Source: Treponema sp. UBA1798
GTDB taxonomy: Bacteria; Spirochaetota; Spirochaetia; Treponematales; Treponemataceae
Direction of reading: 5' to 3'
DNA: 59,759 bases
Assembly (NCBI GenBank): GCA_002319875.1
Contig: DCFS01000200.1
Location: 1-59,759 of the forward strand
Made by a program: the position numbers and the translations under genes. Shown piece by piece: positions 1 through 15,981 of the stretch (the first letter of the stretch is position 1; the number at the start of each line of letters is the position of its first letter). Under the pieces are notes generated by a model. That model did not search any database and was not told the DNA's origin. It saw only the letters and a list, made by a program, of their open reading frames with translations.

Positions 1-5098
<5,098 letters not shown>

Positions 5099-5123
5099 GT
5101 GATATTCAGGCAGGCAAAGCTTA

Positions 5124-5153
5124 TTGACTTGCCTGTCCTGAATTCAGTATAGT
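5124..5153 (+). promoter_or_regulatory. Putative sigma70 promoter of rpsL-rpsG, overlapping a hairpin after rpoC
   Basis: TTGACT-N18-TATAGT; inverted repeat ATTCAGG CAGGCAA ... TTGCCTG T CCTGAAT spans it. Confidence 0.55.
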
Positions 5154-5231
5154 AACAGAACCCATGCTATTGGGTTATCATGAACTTTGTCCGGGGTGCT
5201 GACCGGCAATAAAATATAGGAGATTAGGCCA

Positions 5232-5606
5232 ATGCCTACAATTAACCAATTAATTCGTCAGGGACGTCATACAGCCGCTAACAGGACGAAAGCTCCCGCG
5301 CTTGAATCCTGTCCGCAAAAACGTGGTGTATGTACCCGTGTTATGACTGTGACTCCCAAGAAACCGAACTCAGCTCTCCGGAAAGTTGCCCGTGTTCGTC
5401 TGAGTAATGGAATTGAAGTTACTGCTTATATTCCTGGAATCGGTCATAATCTGCAGGAGCATTCAGTGGTGCTTATTCGCGGAGGTCGTGTCAAGGATCT
5501 TCCGGGTGTGCGTTATCATATTATCCGTGGTACTAAAGATACATTGGGTGTTGAAGATCGTAAACGCGGTCGTTCAAAATATGGCGCGAAACGGCCAAAG
5601 GCGTAA
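5232..5606 (+). CDS. rpsL: 30S ribosomal protein S12
   Basis: [29 protein letters not shown]. Confidence 0.99.
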   Translation: MPTINQLIRQGRHTAANRTKAPALESCPQKRGVCTRVMTVTPKKPNSALRKVARVRLSNGIEVTAYIPGIGHNLQEHSVVLIRGGRVKDLPGVRYHIIRGTKDTLGVEDRKRGRSKYGAKRPKA

Positions 5607-5618
5607 TGGAGGAATAAG

Positions 5619-6089
5619 ATGGGAAGACATAAGAAATCTGTTAACCGTCCGATTGTGCCGGATGCAAAATACAACAGTCCTGTTGTGTCAAAGCTTGTTA
5701 CCCGCATGATGCTCGATGGCAAAAAAGATACCTGTATTAGTGTTGTTTATGAAGCTCTTGACAAGCTGAAGACAAAGACTGATAAGGAACCGCTTGAAGT
5801 TATGCTGAAAGCACTGGAAAATGTAAAACCGATGGTAGAGGTAAAATCCCGGCGTGTCGGAGGTGCTACATATCAGGTTCCTGTTGAAATCCGTGATTCA
5901 CGTGCGGAAGCACTTGCCATGAGATGGGTGATTACTGCTGCCAGACAGAGAAGCGGCCATGGCATGGCTGATACTCTTGCAGCTGAATTGCTGGATGCTT
6001 ATAACAATACGGGAACTGCTTTCAAAAAGAAAGAGGATACTCATAAAATGGCAGAAGCTAATAAGGCTTTTGCACATTATAGATGGTAA
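5619..6089 (+). CDS. rpsG: 30S ribosomal protein S7
   Basis: SRRVGGATYQVPVE, HKMAEANKAFAHYRW. Confidence 0.99.
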   Translation: MGRHKKSVNRPIVPDAKYNSPVVSKLVTRMMLDGKKDTCISVVYEALDKLKTKTDKEPLEVMLKALENVKPMVEVKSRRVGGATYQVPVEIRDSRAEALAMRWVITAARQRSGHGMADTLAAELLDAYNNTGTAFKKKEDTHKMAEANKAFAHYRW

Positions 6090-6093
6090 CTGT

Positions 6094-6136
6094 ATGAAAA
6101 CAGGCGTCCTTAAGGACGCCTGTTTTCATGTTTTTT
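6094..6136 (+). terminator. Intrinsic terminator after rpsG
   Basis: Perfect 36-bp palindrome ATGAAAACAGGCGTCCTT/AAGGACGCCTGTTTTCAT followed by GTTTTTT. Confidence 0.85.
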
Positions 6137-6149
6137 ATTCCATGTGCTA

Positions 6150-6178
6150 TTGCAATTAGTTTAAAAAAAGTGTATAAA
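6150..6178 (+). promoter_or_regulatory. Putative sigma70 promoter for tuf-S10
   Basis: TTGCAA-N17-TATAAA immediately after the rpsG terminator. Confidence 0.55.
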
Positions 6179-6658
6179 GTATAACACTGTATATTGTAAT
6201 ATAAAAATATACAGTAATAACAGGGTTCTTTGAGAGACAGACGGACTGTGAATGTGTCCGGTAAAACCGTAAAGCAAGGCTGTATCAGACTTGCAGGTTT
6301 TTACAACCCTTGTATGTGATGATTACTGTCGTTGACAGTAGTTATAGAGATGACTGAATGCATCAGGGGTTTCTGCAAAGGTTCATGTTCGAACCGACAG
6401 GCTCGAGGATGCCAAACCAGTCGTCAGGCACAGTGTTTGATGGTGATAGGTGGTACCGGCCATGGATATTCCGAAAATATGGAATATCGTGCGAGAGTAA
6501 TTTCTTTTCCGTTCCAAAATCATCTTCACAACATTGTGTATAAAAGTGTGTATGCGAATGCGGCTTTTTCTTGAGAAATTGTCCCCGTTCTGGCTTAAAA
6601 TGCAACACATAAATTTCAGTATGCCGGAAAGAGAATTTTACCCGGCAAGGAGAAAAAC

Positions 6659-7846
6659 ATGGCAAAGGAGAAGTTCGTTAGAACTAAACCCCACATGAAC
6701 GTTGGAACCATCGGTCACGTTGACCATGGTAAGACCACTTTGTCTGCTGCTATCACTCAGTACTGTGCAAAAAAGTATGGTGACAAGGCTCTTAAGTATG
6801 ATGAAATCGATAATGCTCCAGAGGAAAAAGCTCGTGGTATCACAATTAATACCCGCCATCTTGAGTATCAGTCTGATAAACGTCACTATGCACATATTGA
6901 CTGCCCCGGTCATGCCGACTATATAAAAAACATGATCACCGGCGCTGCTCAGATGGATGGAGCTATTCTCGTAGTTTCTGCTCCTGATTCTGTTATGCCC
7001 CAGACACGTGAACATCTGTTGCTTGCCCGTCAGGTTGGCGTTCCGAAGATTATTGTTTTCCTGAATAAAGTTGATCAGGTTGACGATCCCGATCTTCTTG
7101 AGCTTGTTGTTGAAGAAGTAAAGGATACACTTAAAGCGTATGGCTTTGCACCTGATACTCCTATTATTAAAGGCTCTGCTTTTAATGCGCTTAATAAACC
7201 GGAAGATCCTAAAAATACAGAATGCATTGAAGAACTCTTACAGACAATGGATACATGGTTTGATGATCCTATCCGTGATGATGCAAAACCGTTCCTGATG
7301 CCAATTGAGGATATCTTTACAATCTCCGGTCGTGGTACTGTCGTTACCGGTCGTATTGAGCGTGGTATTATTAATATGAACGATGATGTTGAAATCATCG
7401 GTATTAAACCGACACAGAAATCAACAGTAACCGGTATTGAAATGTTTAATAAAACACTGGATCAGGGTATGGCAGGTGATAATGTCGGTATCCTTCTTCG
7501 TGGTATTGATAAGAAGGATGTCGAACGCGGGCAGGTTCTTGCAAAACCGGGTTCGATTCATCCGCATACGAAATTTGAAGCACAGATTTATGTTCTGTCG
7601 AAGGAAGAGGGTGGACGTCATAGTCCGTTCTTTACCGGCTATCGGCCACAGTTCTATTTCCGCACAACGGATATTACAGGTACTGTTGAACTTGAACCTG
7701 GCGTTGAGATGGTAAAACCCGGCGATAATGTAAAAATTATCGGCGAATTGATTCACCCGATTGCTATGGATGAAGGACTTAAACTTGCTATCCGTGAAGG
7801 CGGTCATACGATTGCTTCCGGTCAGGTTACAAAAGTTATTGCATAG
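6659..7846 (+). CDS. tuf: Elongation factor Tu
   Basis: [31 protein letters not shown]. Confidence 0.99.
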   Translation: MAKEKFVRTKPHMNVGTIGHVDHGKTTLSAAITQYCAKKYGDKALKYDEIDNAPEEKARGITINTRHLEYQSDKRHYAHIDCPGHADYIKNMITGAAQMDGAILVVSAPDSVMPQTREHLLLARQVGVPKIIVFLNKVDQVDDPDLLELVVEEVKDTLKAYGFAPDTPIIKGSAFNALNKPEDPKNTECIEELLQTMDTWFDDPIRDDAKPFLMPIEDIFTISGRGTVVTGRIERGIINMNDDVEIIGIKPTQKSTVTGIEMFNKTLDQGMAGDNVGILLRGIDKKDVERGQVLAKPGSIHPHTKFEAQIYVLSKEEGGRHSPFFTGYRPQFYFRTTDITGTVELEPGVEMVKPGDNVKIIGELIHPIAMDEGLKLAIREGGHTIASGQVTKVIA

Positions 7847-7859
7847 TTTAAATTAAGGA

Positions 7860-7891
7860 ATAAGGCAAACCTGAAAAAAGGTTTGCCTTAT
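7860..7891 (+). terminator. Stable hairpin between tuf and rpsJ (weak terminator or mRNA stabiliser)
   Basis: ATAAGGCAAACCT-GAAAAA-AGGTTTGCCTTAT, 13-bp stem, no long U tract. Confidence 0.55.
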
Positions 7892-7907
7892 AACTATTGG
7901 AGGAATA

Positions 7908-8216
7908 ATGGCTAATGGTAAGATTCGTGTCAGACTCCGCGCATTTGACGTAGAACTGATCGATCAAAGTGCAAAAGCCATCGTGCAGACTGTTCAGAAG
8001 GCAGGTGCTAAGGTTTCAGGACCTATCCCGCTTCCTACCAGAATCAACAAGGTTACTGTTTTGCGCTCGCCCCATGTCAATAAAAAGTCACGGGAACAGT
8101 TCGAAATGCGTACTCACAAACGCCTTATTGACATCCTGGAACCCACAGCTGATGTAATGGATTCATTAATGAAGCTGGAATTGCCTGCCGGTGTAGATGT
8201 GGAAATTAAGCAGTAA
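7908..8216 (+). CDS. rpsJ: 30S ribosomal protein S10
   Basis: [31 protein letters not shown]. Confidence 0.99.
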   Translation: MANGKIRVRLRAFDVELIDQSAKAIVQTVQKAGAKVSGPIPLPTRINKVTVLRSPHVNKKSREQFEMRTHKRLIDILEPTADVMDSLMKLELPAGVDVEIKQ

Positions 8217-8328
8217 AACTACCGGATTGCGGTGGTTCTGCTGAAATTAAACGGTACGGTCCCTGCGGATCTGGGATGGCGGCCAATAACAAAAAGAGGT
8301 TTTGCCTCTTTTATAGGAGAATATCAGA

Positions 8329-8949
8329 ATGAAAGGTCTGATTGCAAAAAAAGTGGGAATGACCCAGGTTTTTGACGAAAGCGGTAATTTAACACCTGTA
8401 ACCGTGATCCGCGTCGAACCAAATGTGGTTGTTGCTACAAAGACAAAGGAAACGAATGGTTATAACGCTGTCGTGCTGGGGCTTGAAGATCTAAAAGCTT
8501 CCAGAACGAATAAGGCGTATGCCGGTCAGTTTTCTGAGAATATTACGCCAAAACGACATTTGAAAGAATTCCGGGACTTTGATAATGAAGTAAAAGTCGG
8601 GGATCTCGTCGGACTGGAACTTTTGGAAAAATCGCGCTTCCTTGATGTAACCGCGACTTCAAAAGGTAAGGGTTTTCAGGGCGTAATGAAGAGATGGGGC
8701 TTCCATGGCGGGCGTGCGACGCACGGTTCGAAATTTCATCGTGAAGCCGGTGGTACTGGAGAATGCACGACACCCGGACACAGCCTGAAAAACATTAAAA
8801 TGCCGGGTCATATGGGCTTTGAGCGTGTGACAGTACAGAATCTCAAGATTGTAAAAATCGATTCTGAATTAAAAGTTATTTTGGTTCGCGGGGCTGTTCC
8901 CGGGAATAAAGACTGCACGCTGATCGTCAAGTCCGCGGTAAAGAAATAA
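8329..8949 (+). CDS. rplC: 50S ribosomal protein L3
   Basis: KVGMTQVF, SKGKGFQGVMKRWGF, KMPGHMG. Confidence 0.98.
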   Translation: MKGLIAKKVGMTQVFDESGNLTPVTVIRVEPNVVVATKTKETNGYNAVVLGLEDLKASRTNKAYAGQFSENITPKRHLKEFRDFDNEVKVGDLVGLELLEKSRFLDVTATSKGKGFQGVMKRWGFHGGRATHGSKFHREAGGTGECTTPGHSLKNIKMPGHMGFERVTVQNLKIVKIDSELKVILVRGAVPGNKDCTLIVKSAVKK

Positions 8950-8964
8950 CGACAGAGGAAGACT

Positions 8965-9606
8965 ATGGAAAAGAAAGTCTATTCAGTCGATGGTAAAGAG
9001 CTGCGTACAATTACATTAGATGATAAAGTATTCGGCCTCCCGGTGAATGAAGATGTTATTTACTACGCCATCAATAATGAATTAGCAAATAAACGTGTAG
9101 GGACTGCATGCACGAAGGATCGTTCTGAAGTACATGGCAGTAATGCCAAGCCTTATAAGCAGAAGGGAACGGGGCGTGCACGTAGAGGCGATAAAAAGTC
9201 TCCTATTACGCGTGGCGGTGGAATTATATTTGGTCCTAAACCGCGTGATTTCAGTTTCGCAATGCCGAAAAAAGCAAAACGTCTTGCAATGAAGTCAATT
9301 CTCAGCCTGCAGGCTCAAAGTGACAGATTGACTGTTGTGGAAGATTTTACTATTGACAGCGGAAAGACAAAGGATCTGGTAAAAGTTCTTGATAATTTTG
9401 CCAAAGATGAGCGTACGGTGATAATCCTTAAGGATGATGATGCAAAGATCCGGCAGGCTGGAAGAAATATTCCCAGACTCTCATTTCTTTCATATAACCG
9501 TCTCTGTGCTCATGATTTGTTCTATGGGCGGAAAGTTATCCTGCTGGAAACAGCAGTGAAAAACATTTCACAGTTCTACAATACTGCAGAAGAGGGGGCT
9601 GAATAA
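8965..9606 (+). CDS. rplD: 50S ribosomal protein L4
   Basis: KPYKQKGTGRARRG, GGGIIFGPKPRD. Confidence 0.98.
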   Translation: MEKKVYSVDGKELRTITLDDKVFGLPVNEDVIYYAINNELANKRVGTACTKDRSEVHGSNAKPYKQKGTGRARRGDKKSPITRGGGIIFGPKPRDFSFAMPKKAKRLAMKSILSLQAQSDRLTVVEDFTIDSGKTKDLVKVLDNFAKDERTVIILKDDDAKIRQAGRNIPRLSFLSYNRLCAHDLFYGRKVILLETAVKNISQFYNTAEEGAE

Positions 9607-9893
9607 TGTTGGTGCTTGAAGACGTTATTATAGAGCCTGTTATTTCTGAGAAGGCAACTGCACTGCGAGATCAGGATAAATATGTATTTATCGTCCGTCA
9701 GGATGCAACAAAGACGCAAATAAAGGAAGCAGTTAATAAGCTTTTTAATGTAAAGGTTATTGACTGTACAACGATGAATGTACTGGGCAAAATAAAGAGG
9801 CTGCGGAATCGTCCGGGCCGGACAGCCAGTTACAAAAAAGCCATTGTGCGTGTTGCACATGGTGAAACAATTAAGGTGCTCGAGGGCGCTTAA
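9606..9893 (+). CDS. rplW: 50S ribosomal protein L23
   Basis: PVISEKA, ATKTQIKEAVNKLFNVKV, YKKAIV. Confidence 0.97.
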   Translation: MLVLEDVIIEPVISEKATALRDQDKYVFIVRQDATKTQIKEAVNKLFNVKVIDCTTMNVLGKIKRLRNRPGRTASYKKAIVRVAHGETIKVLEGA

Positions 9894-9924
9894 GCCCAAG
9901 ACTGCGTAAATTAAGGGGATTCAG

Positions 9925-10749
9925 ATGGCTCTTAAGATTTTTAAGCCGATCACCGCAGGTACTCGCACTCGTATAGACCTGGTTAGGGATGAACTGACAG
10001 CCGATAGACCCGAAAAAACGTTGGTGTCAGGTCTTAATGCCCATGGTGGTCGTGGTGCTGGTGGACGTATTTCAGTACGTCATCAGGGCGGCGGACACAA
10101 ACGGCGGTATCGTGACATAGATTTCAGACGTGATAAACATGGAATTCCGGGTACGGTTAAAACAATTGAATATGATCCTAACCGGAGTGCCAATATTGCA
10201 TTGATTTTCTATGCTGATGGTGACAAACGTTATATTATTGCTCCGAAAGGATTGATCGTTGGACAGAAAATATTGTCCGGTGAAAATGCGGCTCCTACTG
10301 TAGGTAATGCATTGCCGCTGGAAGCTATCCCGGTTGGTTTTACAGTTCATAATATTGAACTGACTCTTGGTCGGGGCGGTCAGCTTGTTCGTTCTGCAGG
10401 TGCCAGTGCTCTTGTTGCAGCTAAGGAAGGTGACTATGTAACGATTCGTCTTCCTTCAAGTGAAATGCGCCGTATTAATGGCAGATGCTATGCAACAATC
10501 GGTGTCGTTGGTAACGAAGAACGCATGAATGTACAGTATGGAAAAGCTGGTCACAAGAGATGGCTTGGTATCAGACCTACCGTTCGCGGTATGGCGATGA
10601 ATCCTGTTGATCATCCGCTCGGTGGTGGTGAAGGTGCTGGCAAAGGACGTAACCCTGTTACTCCCTGGGGACAGCCTTGCAAGGGCTACAAGACCCGCAA
10701 CAAGCGGAAGACGTCTGACAAATTTATTGTTTCACGTCGGAAGAAATAG
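9925..10749 (+). CDS. rplB: 50S ribosomal protein L2
   Basis: [33 protein letters not shown]. Confidence 0.99.
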   Translation: MALKIFKPITAGTRTRIDLVRDELTADRPEKTLVSGLNAHGGRGAGGRISVRHQGGGHKRRYRDIDFRRDKHGIPGTVKTIEYDPNRSANIALIFYADGDKRYIIAPKGLIVGQKILSGENAAPTVGNALPLEAIPVGFTVHNIELTLGRGGQLVRSAGASALVAAKEGDYVTIRLPSSEMRRINGRCYATIGVVGNEERMNVQYGKAGHKRWLGIRPTVRGMAMNPVDHPLGGGEGAGKGRNPVTPWGQPCKGYKTRNKRKTSDKFIVSRRKK

Positions 10750-10766
10750 TTGCAGAGGAGATAACG

Positions 10767-11090
10767 GTGTCAAGATCTGTTAAAAAAGGTCCTTTTATTG
10801 AAAAGAGCCTCTACAAAAAGATTACAGAAATGAATAAGGAAAAAGACAGGAAAATGATAAAAACATATTCCCGTTGTTCTACAATTATTCCTGAAATGGT
10901 TGGAAATACAATTTCTGTATATAATGGGAAGTCATGGATTCCGGTATATATTACGGAGAATCTTGTCGGCCATAAGCTTGGCGAATTTTCTCCTACCCGT
11001 ATATTCCGGGGACATGGTGGTACTGATAAAAAAGCCGCTGCAGGTCCTTCTGCAGGATCGCCAGCAGCCCCGGCCGCGGCGGCTAAATAA
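10767..11090 (+). CDS. rpsS: 30S ribosomal protein S19 with Ala/Pro-rich tail
   Basis: GTG start; [21 protein letters not shown]. Confidence 0.98.
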   Translation: MSRSVKKGPFIEKSLYKKITEMNKEKDRKMIKTYSRCSTIIPEMVGNTISVYNGKSWIPVYITENLVGHKLGEFSPTRIFRGHGGTDKKAAAGPSAGSPAAPAAAAK

Positions 11091-11102
11091 TAGGTGGATA
11101 TT

Positions 11103-11459
11103 ATGACTGTAAAGAAAGGTTATGTAGCCACTACAAAATTCCTGATTGCATCTCCTATGAAGGTTCGTCCGGTAGCTCATGTAATCAATCAGAAGTCCTG
11201 TTCGGAGGCTATGGCTATTCTTGCCAACATGCCGCAGAAAGGTGCTGTGCTTATTCGCGGGACGTTAAAGTCCGCAGTAGCTAATGCTCTTAATGCAAAC
11301 AACAAACTGGATGAAGATATGCTCTATGTTAAAGAAATCCGTATTGATGACGGACCAAGGTTAAAAAGGGCCTGGTTCCGTGCTCGCGGTCGTGCTGATC
11401 AACTTCTTAAACGTATGTGCCATATTACCGTAGTAGTTGACGAAAAGGCGGGGGAATAA
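11103..11459 (+). CDS. rplV: 50S ribosomal protein L22
   Basis: SPMKVR, SAVANA, GPRLKR..RARGRA; SD AGGTGG favours ATG 11103. Confidence 0.97.
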   Translation: MTVKKGYVATTKFLIASPMKVRPVAHVINQKSCSEAMAILANMPQKGAVLIRGTLKSAVANALNANNKLDEDMLYVKEIRIDDGPRLKRAWFRARGRADQLLKRMCHITVVVDEKAGE

Positions 11460-11460
11460 A

Positions 11461-12237
11461 GTGGGTCAGAAAGTAAATCCTATCGGTTTACGTCTTGGAA
11501 TTAACAAGACATGGCAGTCTCGCTGGTATGCTAGTCCTCGTGAATATGCAGACCTTGTTCTGGAGGATATGGAAATCCGTAAGCTGATTTCCGGATCTCC
11601 TGAATGCAAAAATGCCGATATTGCAGAAATCGAAATCATTCGTCATCCGCAGCGGGTTACAATTGTTATTCATACAGCCCGCCCCGGTGTTATTATTGGT
11701 GTAAAGGGTGCTACGATTGAAAAAATCAGCACGGATGTACAGAAGCATTTATCAAAAAAAGTTTTGATCAAGATCAAAGAGATCAAACATGCTGATGTGA
11801 ATGCTTCTCTTATTGCACAGGATGTTGGACGTCAGCTTCTTGGCCGCGGATCGTACAGAAAGGCAATTAAGCAGGCTTCCAGCAATGCAATGCGTGGCGG
11901 CGCTCAGGGTGTAAAGATCCGTTTGGCTGGGCGTCTTGGCGGCGCGGAAATGAAACGCACTGAAGAGCATAAGGAAGGGCGTGTCCCGCTTCATACGCTT
12001 CGTGCAGATATCGACTATGGTACTTATGAAGCTGTTACTACCTATGGTAAAATTGGCGTGAAAGTCTGGGTTTACAATGGTATGAATTATGGTCATGAGC
12101 AGAACGAAGATGCCGGTCAGCTGGTACGTAAACCGCGTCGTGAACGCGCACCGCGCAGCCAGGAAGCAGGTCAGTTAATTCAGAGGAATTCAACTGACAG
12201 TGCAGCCGGCAGTGCGGATAAAACTTCAAGGAGTTAG
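11461..12237 (+). CDS. rpsC: 30S ribosomal protein S3
   Basis: GTG GGT CAG AAA start ([13 protein letters not shown]); [15 protein letters not shown]. Confidence 0.98.
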   Translation: MGQKVNPIGLRLGINKTWQSRWYASPREYADLVLEDMEIRKLISGSPECKNADIAEIEIIRHPQRVTIVIHTARPGVIIGVKGATIEKISTDVQKHLSKKVLIKIKEIKHADVNASLIAQDVGRQLLGRGSYRKAIKQASSNAMRGGAQGVKIRLAGRLGGAEMKRTEEHKEGRVPLHTLRADIDYGTYEAVTTYGKIGVKVWVYNGMNYGHEQNEDAGQLVRKPRRERAPRSQEAGQLIQRNSTDSAAGSADKTSRS

Positions 12238-12240
12238 TCT

Positions 12241-12660
12241 ATGCCACTCAGTCCAAAAAGAGTTATGCACCGTAAGGTGCAGCGCGGCAGACAGCATGGA
12301 TTTGCGACCCGCGATAATACAATAGATTTTGGTGATATCGCTCTGGTAGCGATGGAACCTGTCTGGCTGAATGCGAAACATATCGAAGCTGCCCGTGTTG
12401 CTATCAACCGTAAAATTGACCGCAAGGGACAGGTATGGATTCGTGTGTTCCCGGACAAGCCGATTACCAAAAAACCTGCTGAAGTTCGAATGGGTAAAGG
12501 TAAGGGTGCTCCTGAATTTTGGGCTGCAAACCTTAAACCCGGTATGATTATGTTTGAGATTGGCGGTGTTGATAAAGCAATCGCGACGGAGGCTCTCCGT
12601 CTGGCGAGCAGCAAATTGCCGATTAAAACAAAAATAGCTTATAAACCAACGCAGGATTAA
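12241..12660 (+). CDS. rplP: 50S ribosomal protein L16
   Basis: [24 protein letters not shown]. Confidence 0.98.
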   Translation: MPLSPKRVMHRKVQRGRQHGFATRDNTIDFGDIALVAMEPVWLNAKHIEAARVAINRKIDRKGQVWIRVFPDKPITKKPAEVRMGKGKGAPEFWAANLKPGMIMFEIGGVDKAIATEALRLASSKLPIKTKIAYKPTQD

Positions 12661-12671
12661 GGAGGCACAGG

Positions 12672-12884
12672 ATGGCAAAGTCAACAAAAAAAACAGATAA
12701 AGAGCTGTCTTATGCTGAGTTGATTACACAAAAAAATGAGCTTAAAAGAAAGTACATGGATTTGCGCTGTACAATGGTTACATCCCATGTAGATAACACA
12801 ATGCAGAAACGTACAATGCGTCGCGAAATCGCAAGGCTGAATACGTTTATCCGGCAGAAAGAAACTGCCGGCGTACAGAAGTAG
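12672..12884 (+). CDS. rpmC: 50S ribosomal protein L29
   Basis: Position between rplP and rpsQ; RREIARLNT. Confidence 0.93.
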   Translation: MAKSTKKTDKELSYAELITQKNELKRKYMDLRCTMVTSHVDNTMQKRTMRREIARLNTFIRQKETAGVQK

Positions 12885-12894
12885 GAGCTGCCCC

Positions 12895-13170
12895 GTGGAA
12901 GAACAGGCTGTTAAGACTGCTAAAGCTACGAAACTTTCTCTTGTGGGGATCGTAACAAGTGATAAGATGGATAAGACCATTGTTGTTTCGATTTCCACAA
13001 AAAGAATGGACCAGCTTTACAAAAAATATGTTACGCGGACAAAAAAATGTAAGGCTCATGATGAAAAGAATGAAGCCCATACCGGTGATAAAGTCCGTAT
13101 TGTAGAAAGTCGCCCGCTTAGTAAAGATAAATGCTGGCGTCTGGTAGAAATCATCGAACGTGCTAAATAA
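12895..13170 (+). CDS. rpsQ: 30S ribosomal protein S17
   Basis: [21 protein letters not shown]. Confidence 0.97.
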   Translation: MEEQAVKTAKATKLSLVGIVTSDKMDKTIVVSISTKRMDQLYKKYVTRTKKCKAHDEKNEAHTGDKVRIVESRPLSKDKCWRLVEIIERAK

Positions 13171-13187
13171 GGCGGAGGGACAAGAAT

Positions 13188-13556
13188 ATGCTTCAGATGC
13201 AATCAAATATGACTGTTGCTGACAACTCCGGCGCAAAGGTCGTTCAGTGTATTAAAGTACTTGGCGGTACGCATCGCCGGTACGCAGGAATCGGTGACAT
13301 TGTTGTTGTAGCTGTGAAGGAAGCAATTCCAACATCTACTATTAAGAAGGGAACGATCGAGAAAGCTGTAATCGTTCGTCTGTCAAAAGAATACCGCCGT
13401 CCTGACGGGACCTATATTCGTTTTGATGATAATGCATGTGTTATCATTGACGAAAATAAAAACCCGAAAGGAAAACGTATTTTTGGCCCTGTGGCACGTG
13501 AGCTCCGTGATATGGATTTCATGAAGATTGTGTCACTGGCACCGGAAGTTCTCTAA
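13188..13556 (+). CDS. rplN: 50S ribosomal protein L14
   Basis: [26 protein letters not shown]. Confidence 0.99.
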   Translation: MLQMQSNMTVADNSGAKVVQCIKVLGGTHRRYAGIGDIVVVAVKEAIPTSTIKKGTIEKAVIVRLSKEYRRPDGTYIRFDDNACVIIDENKNPKGKRIFGPVARELRDMDFMKIVSLAPEVL

Positions 13557-13567
13557 GGAGTGTTGAA

Positions 13568-13882
13568 ATGGATAAAAAATTCAAAATCCATAAGGACGAT
13601 ACGGTTCAGGTTATAGCTGGCAAAGATAAAGGCAAGCGCGGTTCTGTTGTCCGGATTATAGCAAAAAAGGACGCAGTTATTGTATCGGGTGTTAATATTG
13701 TCAAAAAGACAATGAAAAAGCGGAGTCAGCAGGATCAGGGCGGTATTGCCGAAATTGAAGCACCACTGAATATTTCTAATGTAGCGATCGTATGTAAAAA
13801 ATGCGGTCCTACCAAGATTGGTTATAAGCTTGACGGAGACAAAAAAGTTCGTGTCTGCCGCAAATGTGGAGAAACTCTGTAA
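13568..13882 (+). CDS. rplX: 50S ribosomal protein L24
   Basis: KOW motif [20 protein letters not shown]; CxxC..CxxC. Confidence 0.97.
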   Translation: MDKKFKIHKDDTVQVIAGKDKGKRGSVVRIIAKKDAVIVSGVNIVKKTMKKRSQQDQGGIAEIEAPLNISNVAIVCKKCGPTKIGYKLDGDKKVRVCRKCGETL

Positions 13883-14433
13883 TGGATAATTACATACCCC
13901 GGCTTAAGAAAGTCTATAAGGACACTGTCGCTCCTGAGCTCTTTAAAGAGTTCGGTTATACGTCTGTCATGCAGATTCCTTCGGTTAAGAAGATTGTAGT
14001 GAGCATGGGCGTTGGCGAAGCTCTCACAAATAAGAAACTCCTTGATGCCGCAGTTACTGACCTTACACAGATTACAGGCCAGCACGCGGTAAAGACAAAA
14101 GCAAGAAAAAGCATAGCTAACTTCAAGCTTCGTGAGGGCAACGAGGTGGGCGTTATGGTAACTTTGAGAGGAAACATCATGTATGAATTCCTTGATCGGC
14201 TTATCAATATTGCGCTCCCCCGTGTTAAGGATTTCCGTGGTATCAAGGCAACCGGCTTTGATGGACATGGAAATTTCTCTCTTGGTATTACTGAGCAGAT
14301 TATTTTCCCGGAAATTGATTTTGATAAAATTACGAAAATTTCCGGTTTAAATGTTGCGATTGTAACAAGTGCAAAGACGGATAATGAAGCCCGTGCCTTG
14401 CTTGCCAAGTTCAATATGCCTTTCCGGAAATAA
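13882..14433 (+). CDS. rplE: 50S ribosomal protein L5
   Basis: ATG overlaps the rplX stop (TAATG); [25 protein letters not shown]. Confidence 0.98.
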   Translation: MDNYIPRLKKVYKDTVAPELFKEFGYTSVMQIPSVKKIVVSMGVGEALTNKKLLDAAVTDLTQITGQHAVKTKARKSIANFKLREGNEVGVMVTLRGNIMYEFLDRLINIALPRVKDFRGIKATGFDGHGNFSLGITEQIIFPEIDFDKITKISGLNVAIVTSAKTDNEARALLAKFNMPFRK

Positions 14434-14443
14434 GTGAGGAGTC

Positions 14444-14629
14444 ATGGCTAAGAAATCAATGATCATAAAGGCGAACCGCACTCCCAAATACAGCACCAGG
14501 AAATATAACCGGTGTAAGATTTGCGGTCGTCCTCGTGGATATCTGCGTAAGTTTAAGATGTGCCGTCTTTGCTTTCGCAAGTTAGCTAGTGAAGGCCTGT
14601 TACCAGGTATCACAAAATCCAGCTGGTAG
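14444..14629 (+). CDS. rpsN: 30S ribosomal protein S14 (Zn-binding type Z)
   Basis: [20 protein letters not shown]. Confidence 0.98.
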   Translation: MAKKSMIIKANRTPKYSTRKYNRCKICGRPRGYLRKFKMCRLCFRKLASEGLLPGITKSSW

Positions 14630-14646
14630 GATGGTAGGAGAAAAAT

Positions 14647-15045
14647 ATGAGTGCATCAGATCCCGTAGCAGATATGCTTACTAAGATCCGGAATGCGGCA
14701 CAGGCCCGCCACGAAAAAGTAGATATTTCTACATCCAAGCTTAAGTTGGAAATCGTGAAAATTCTGAAGACTGAGGGTTTTGTAAAAAACTTTAAGAAAG
14801 TTCAGGATGAAGGCCACAGCATTATCCGCATTTTTTTGAAATATGATGACGTAAATACGCCTGTTATTCACGGACTTGAAAAGATTTCAACTCCAGGTCG
14901 TCGTGTTTATTCTGGTTATAAGGATATGCCACGTATGTATAATGGATATGGCATAGTTATTGTATCGACGTCTTCCGGTATAACAACCGGCCGAAAGGCT
15001 AAAGAGAAGATGGTCGGTGGCGAACTTATTTGCTCTGTGTGGTAA
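14647..15045 (+). CDS. rpsH: 30S ribosomal protein S8
   Basis: [30 protein letters not shown]. Confidence 0.98.
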   Translation: MSASDPVADMLTKIRNAAQARHEKVDISTSKLKLEIVKILKTEGFVKNFKKVQDEGHSIIRIFLKYDDVNTPVIHGLEKISTPGRRVYSGYKDMPRMYNGYGIVIVSTSSGITTGRKAKEKMVGGELICSVW

Positions 15046-15059
15046 TGGAGGAGAATGAT

Positions 15060-15599
15060 ATGTCTAAACTTGGAAAACTTCCCATTGCCATTCCTGCAGG
15101 TGTGACAGTTACTGTGTCTCCCGCGCTGGTAACAGTAAAAGGTCCGAAAGGGGAATTGAAACAGGACTATAACAGCAATGTTACTGTAGAAATAAAAGGC
15201 AGTGAGGTTCTGGTTAAACCGGTGAATGATACAAAGGCGGCAAATGCTGCTCATGGTCTGTATAGGAATCTTATCCGTAATATGGTCATAGGTGTTACTA
15301 CCGGTTTTTCGAAAGCCCTTATTATAACTGGAGTTGGTTACCGTGCCGAAGTACAGGGGAAAATTCTTGTTATGAACCTAGGATATTCTAACGATTTTAT
15401 TGCAGCTATCCCTGACGGGTTGACTGTTACTGCCGATGCACAGGGGAAAGTAACGGTTACCGGTGCAGACAAGCAGGAAGTCGGAGAATTCAGTGCACAG
15501 CTTCGTAGCTTACGTAAACCTGAACCTTATAAGGGAAAGGGGATACGTTATGATACGGAAGTTATTAGACGTAAGGTCGGAAAGACTGGTGTTAAGTAA
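15060..15599 (+). CDS. rplF: 50S ribosomal protein L6
   Basis: [30 protein letters not shown]. Confidence 0.98.
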   Translation: MSKLGKLPIAIPAGVTVTVSPALVTVKGPKGELKQDYNSNVTVEIKGSEVLVKPVNDTKAANAAHGLYRNLIRNMVIGVTTGFSKALIITGVGYRAEVQGKILVMNLGYSNDFIAAIPDGLTVTADAQGKVTVTGADKQEVGEFSAQLRSLRKPEPYKGKGIRYDTEVIRRKVGKTGVK

Positions 15600-15610
15600 G
15601 GTGAAACTTT

Positions 15611-15973
15611 ATGTATAAGAAACTGAATGACAAACAGAGAAAACGCCTGCACAGAAAGGTTCATATCCGTAAATCGATTTATGGAACTGCTGTTCGTCCC
15701 CGTATGACTGTGACGCGAAGCAACTATAATTTGTATGTGCAGATAATAAATGATGATGAAGGGAAAACCCTTGCTTCAATTTCCACCCTTGAAAAAGATT
15801 TTGCATCCCTGAAACCTGATACGGAAGGAGCTGCAAAACTTGGTGAGGCATTGGGAACACGCCTGAAAGATAAAAAAATTACAACAGTAGTTTTTGATCG
15901 TAATGGATATCTTTATCATGGTGTGATAAAAGCCCTTGCTGATGGTACCCGCAAAGCCGGGATCGTATTCTAG
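15611..15973 (+). CDS. rplR: 50S ribosomal protein L18
   Basis: [21 protein letters not shown]. Confidence 0.98.
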   Translation: MYKKLNDKQRKRLHRKVHIRKSIYGTAVRPRMTVTRSNYNLYVQIINDDEGKTLASISTLEKDFASLKPDTEGAAKLGEALGTRLKDKKITTVVFDRNGYLYHGVIKALADGTRKAGIVF

Positions 15974-15981
15974 GAGAGGCT

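Noticed and set aside
5232-5606. Streptomycin-resistance changes in S12
   Set aside because: Both key lysines (PKKPNS, RVKDLP) are wild type.
6535-6543. Single perfect DnaA box TGTGTATAA in the tuf leader; also TTATTCACA at 57907
   Set aside because: Isolated 9-mers are expected by chance in 60 kb. The second is better explained as half of the Rex-like palindrome.
6332-6665. Short ORFs (80, 61, 100 and 75 aa) in the rpsG-tuf spacer as a fusA remnant or small proteins
   Set aside because: No EF-G motifs, no clear SD, atypical composition, and mutually overlapping frames.
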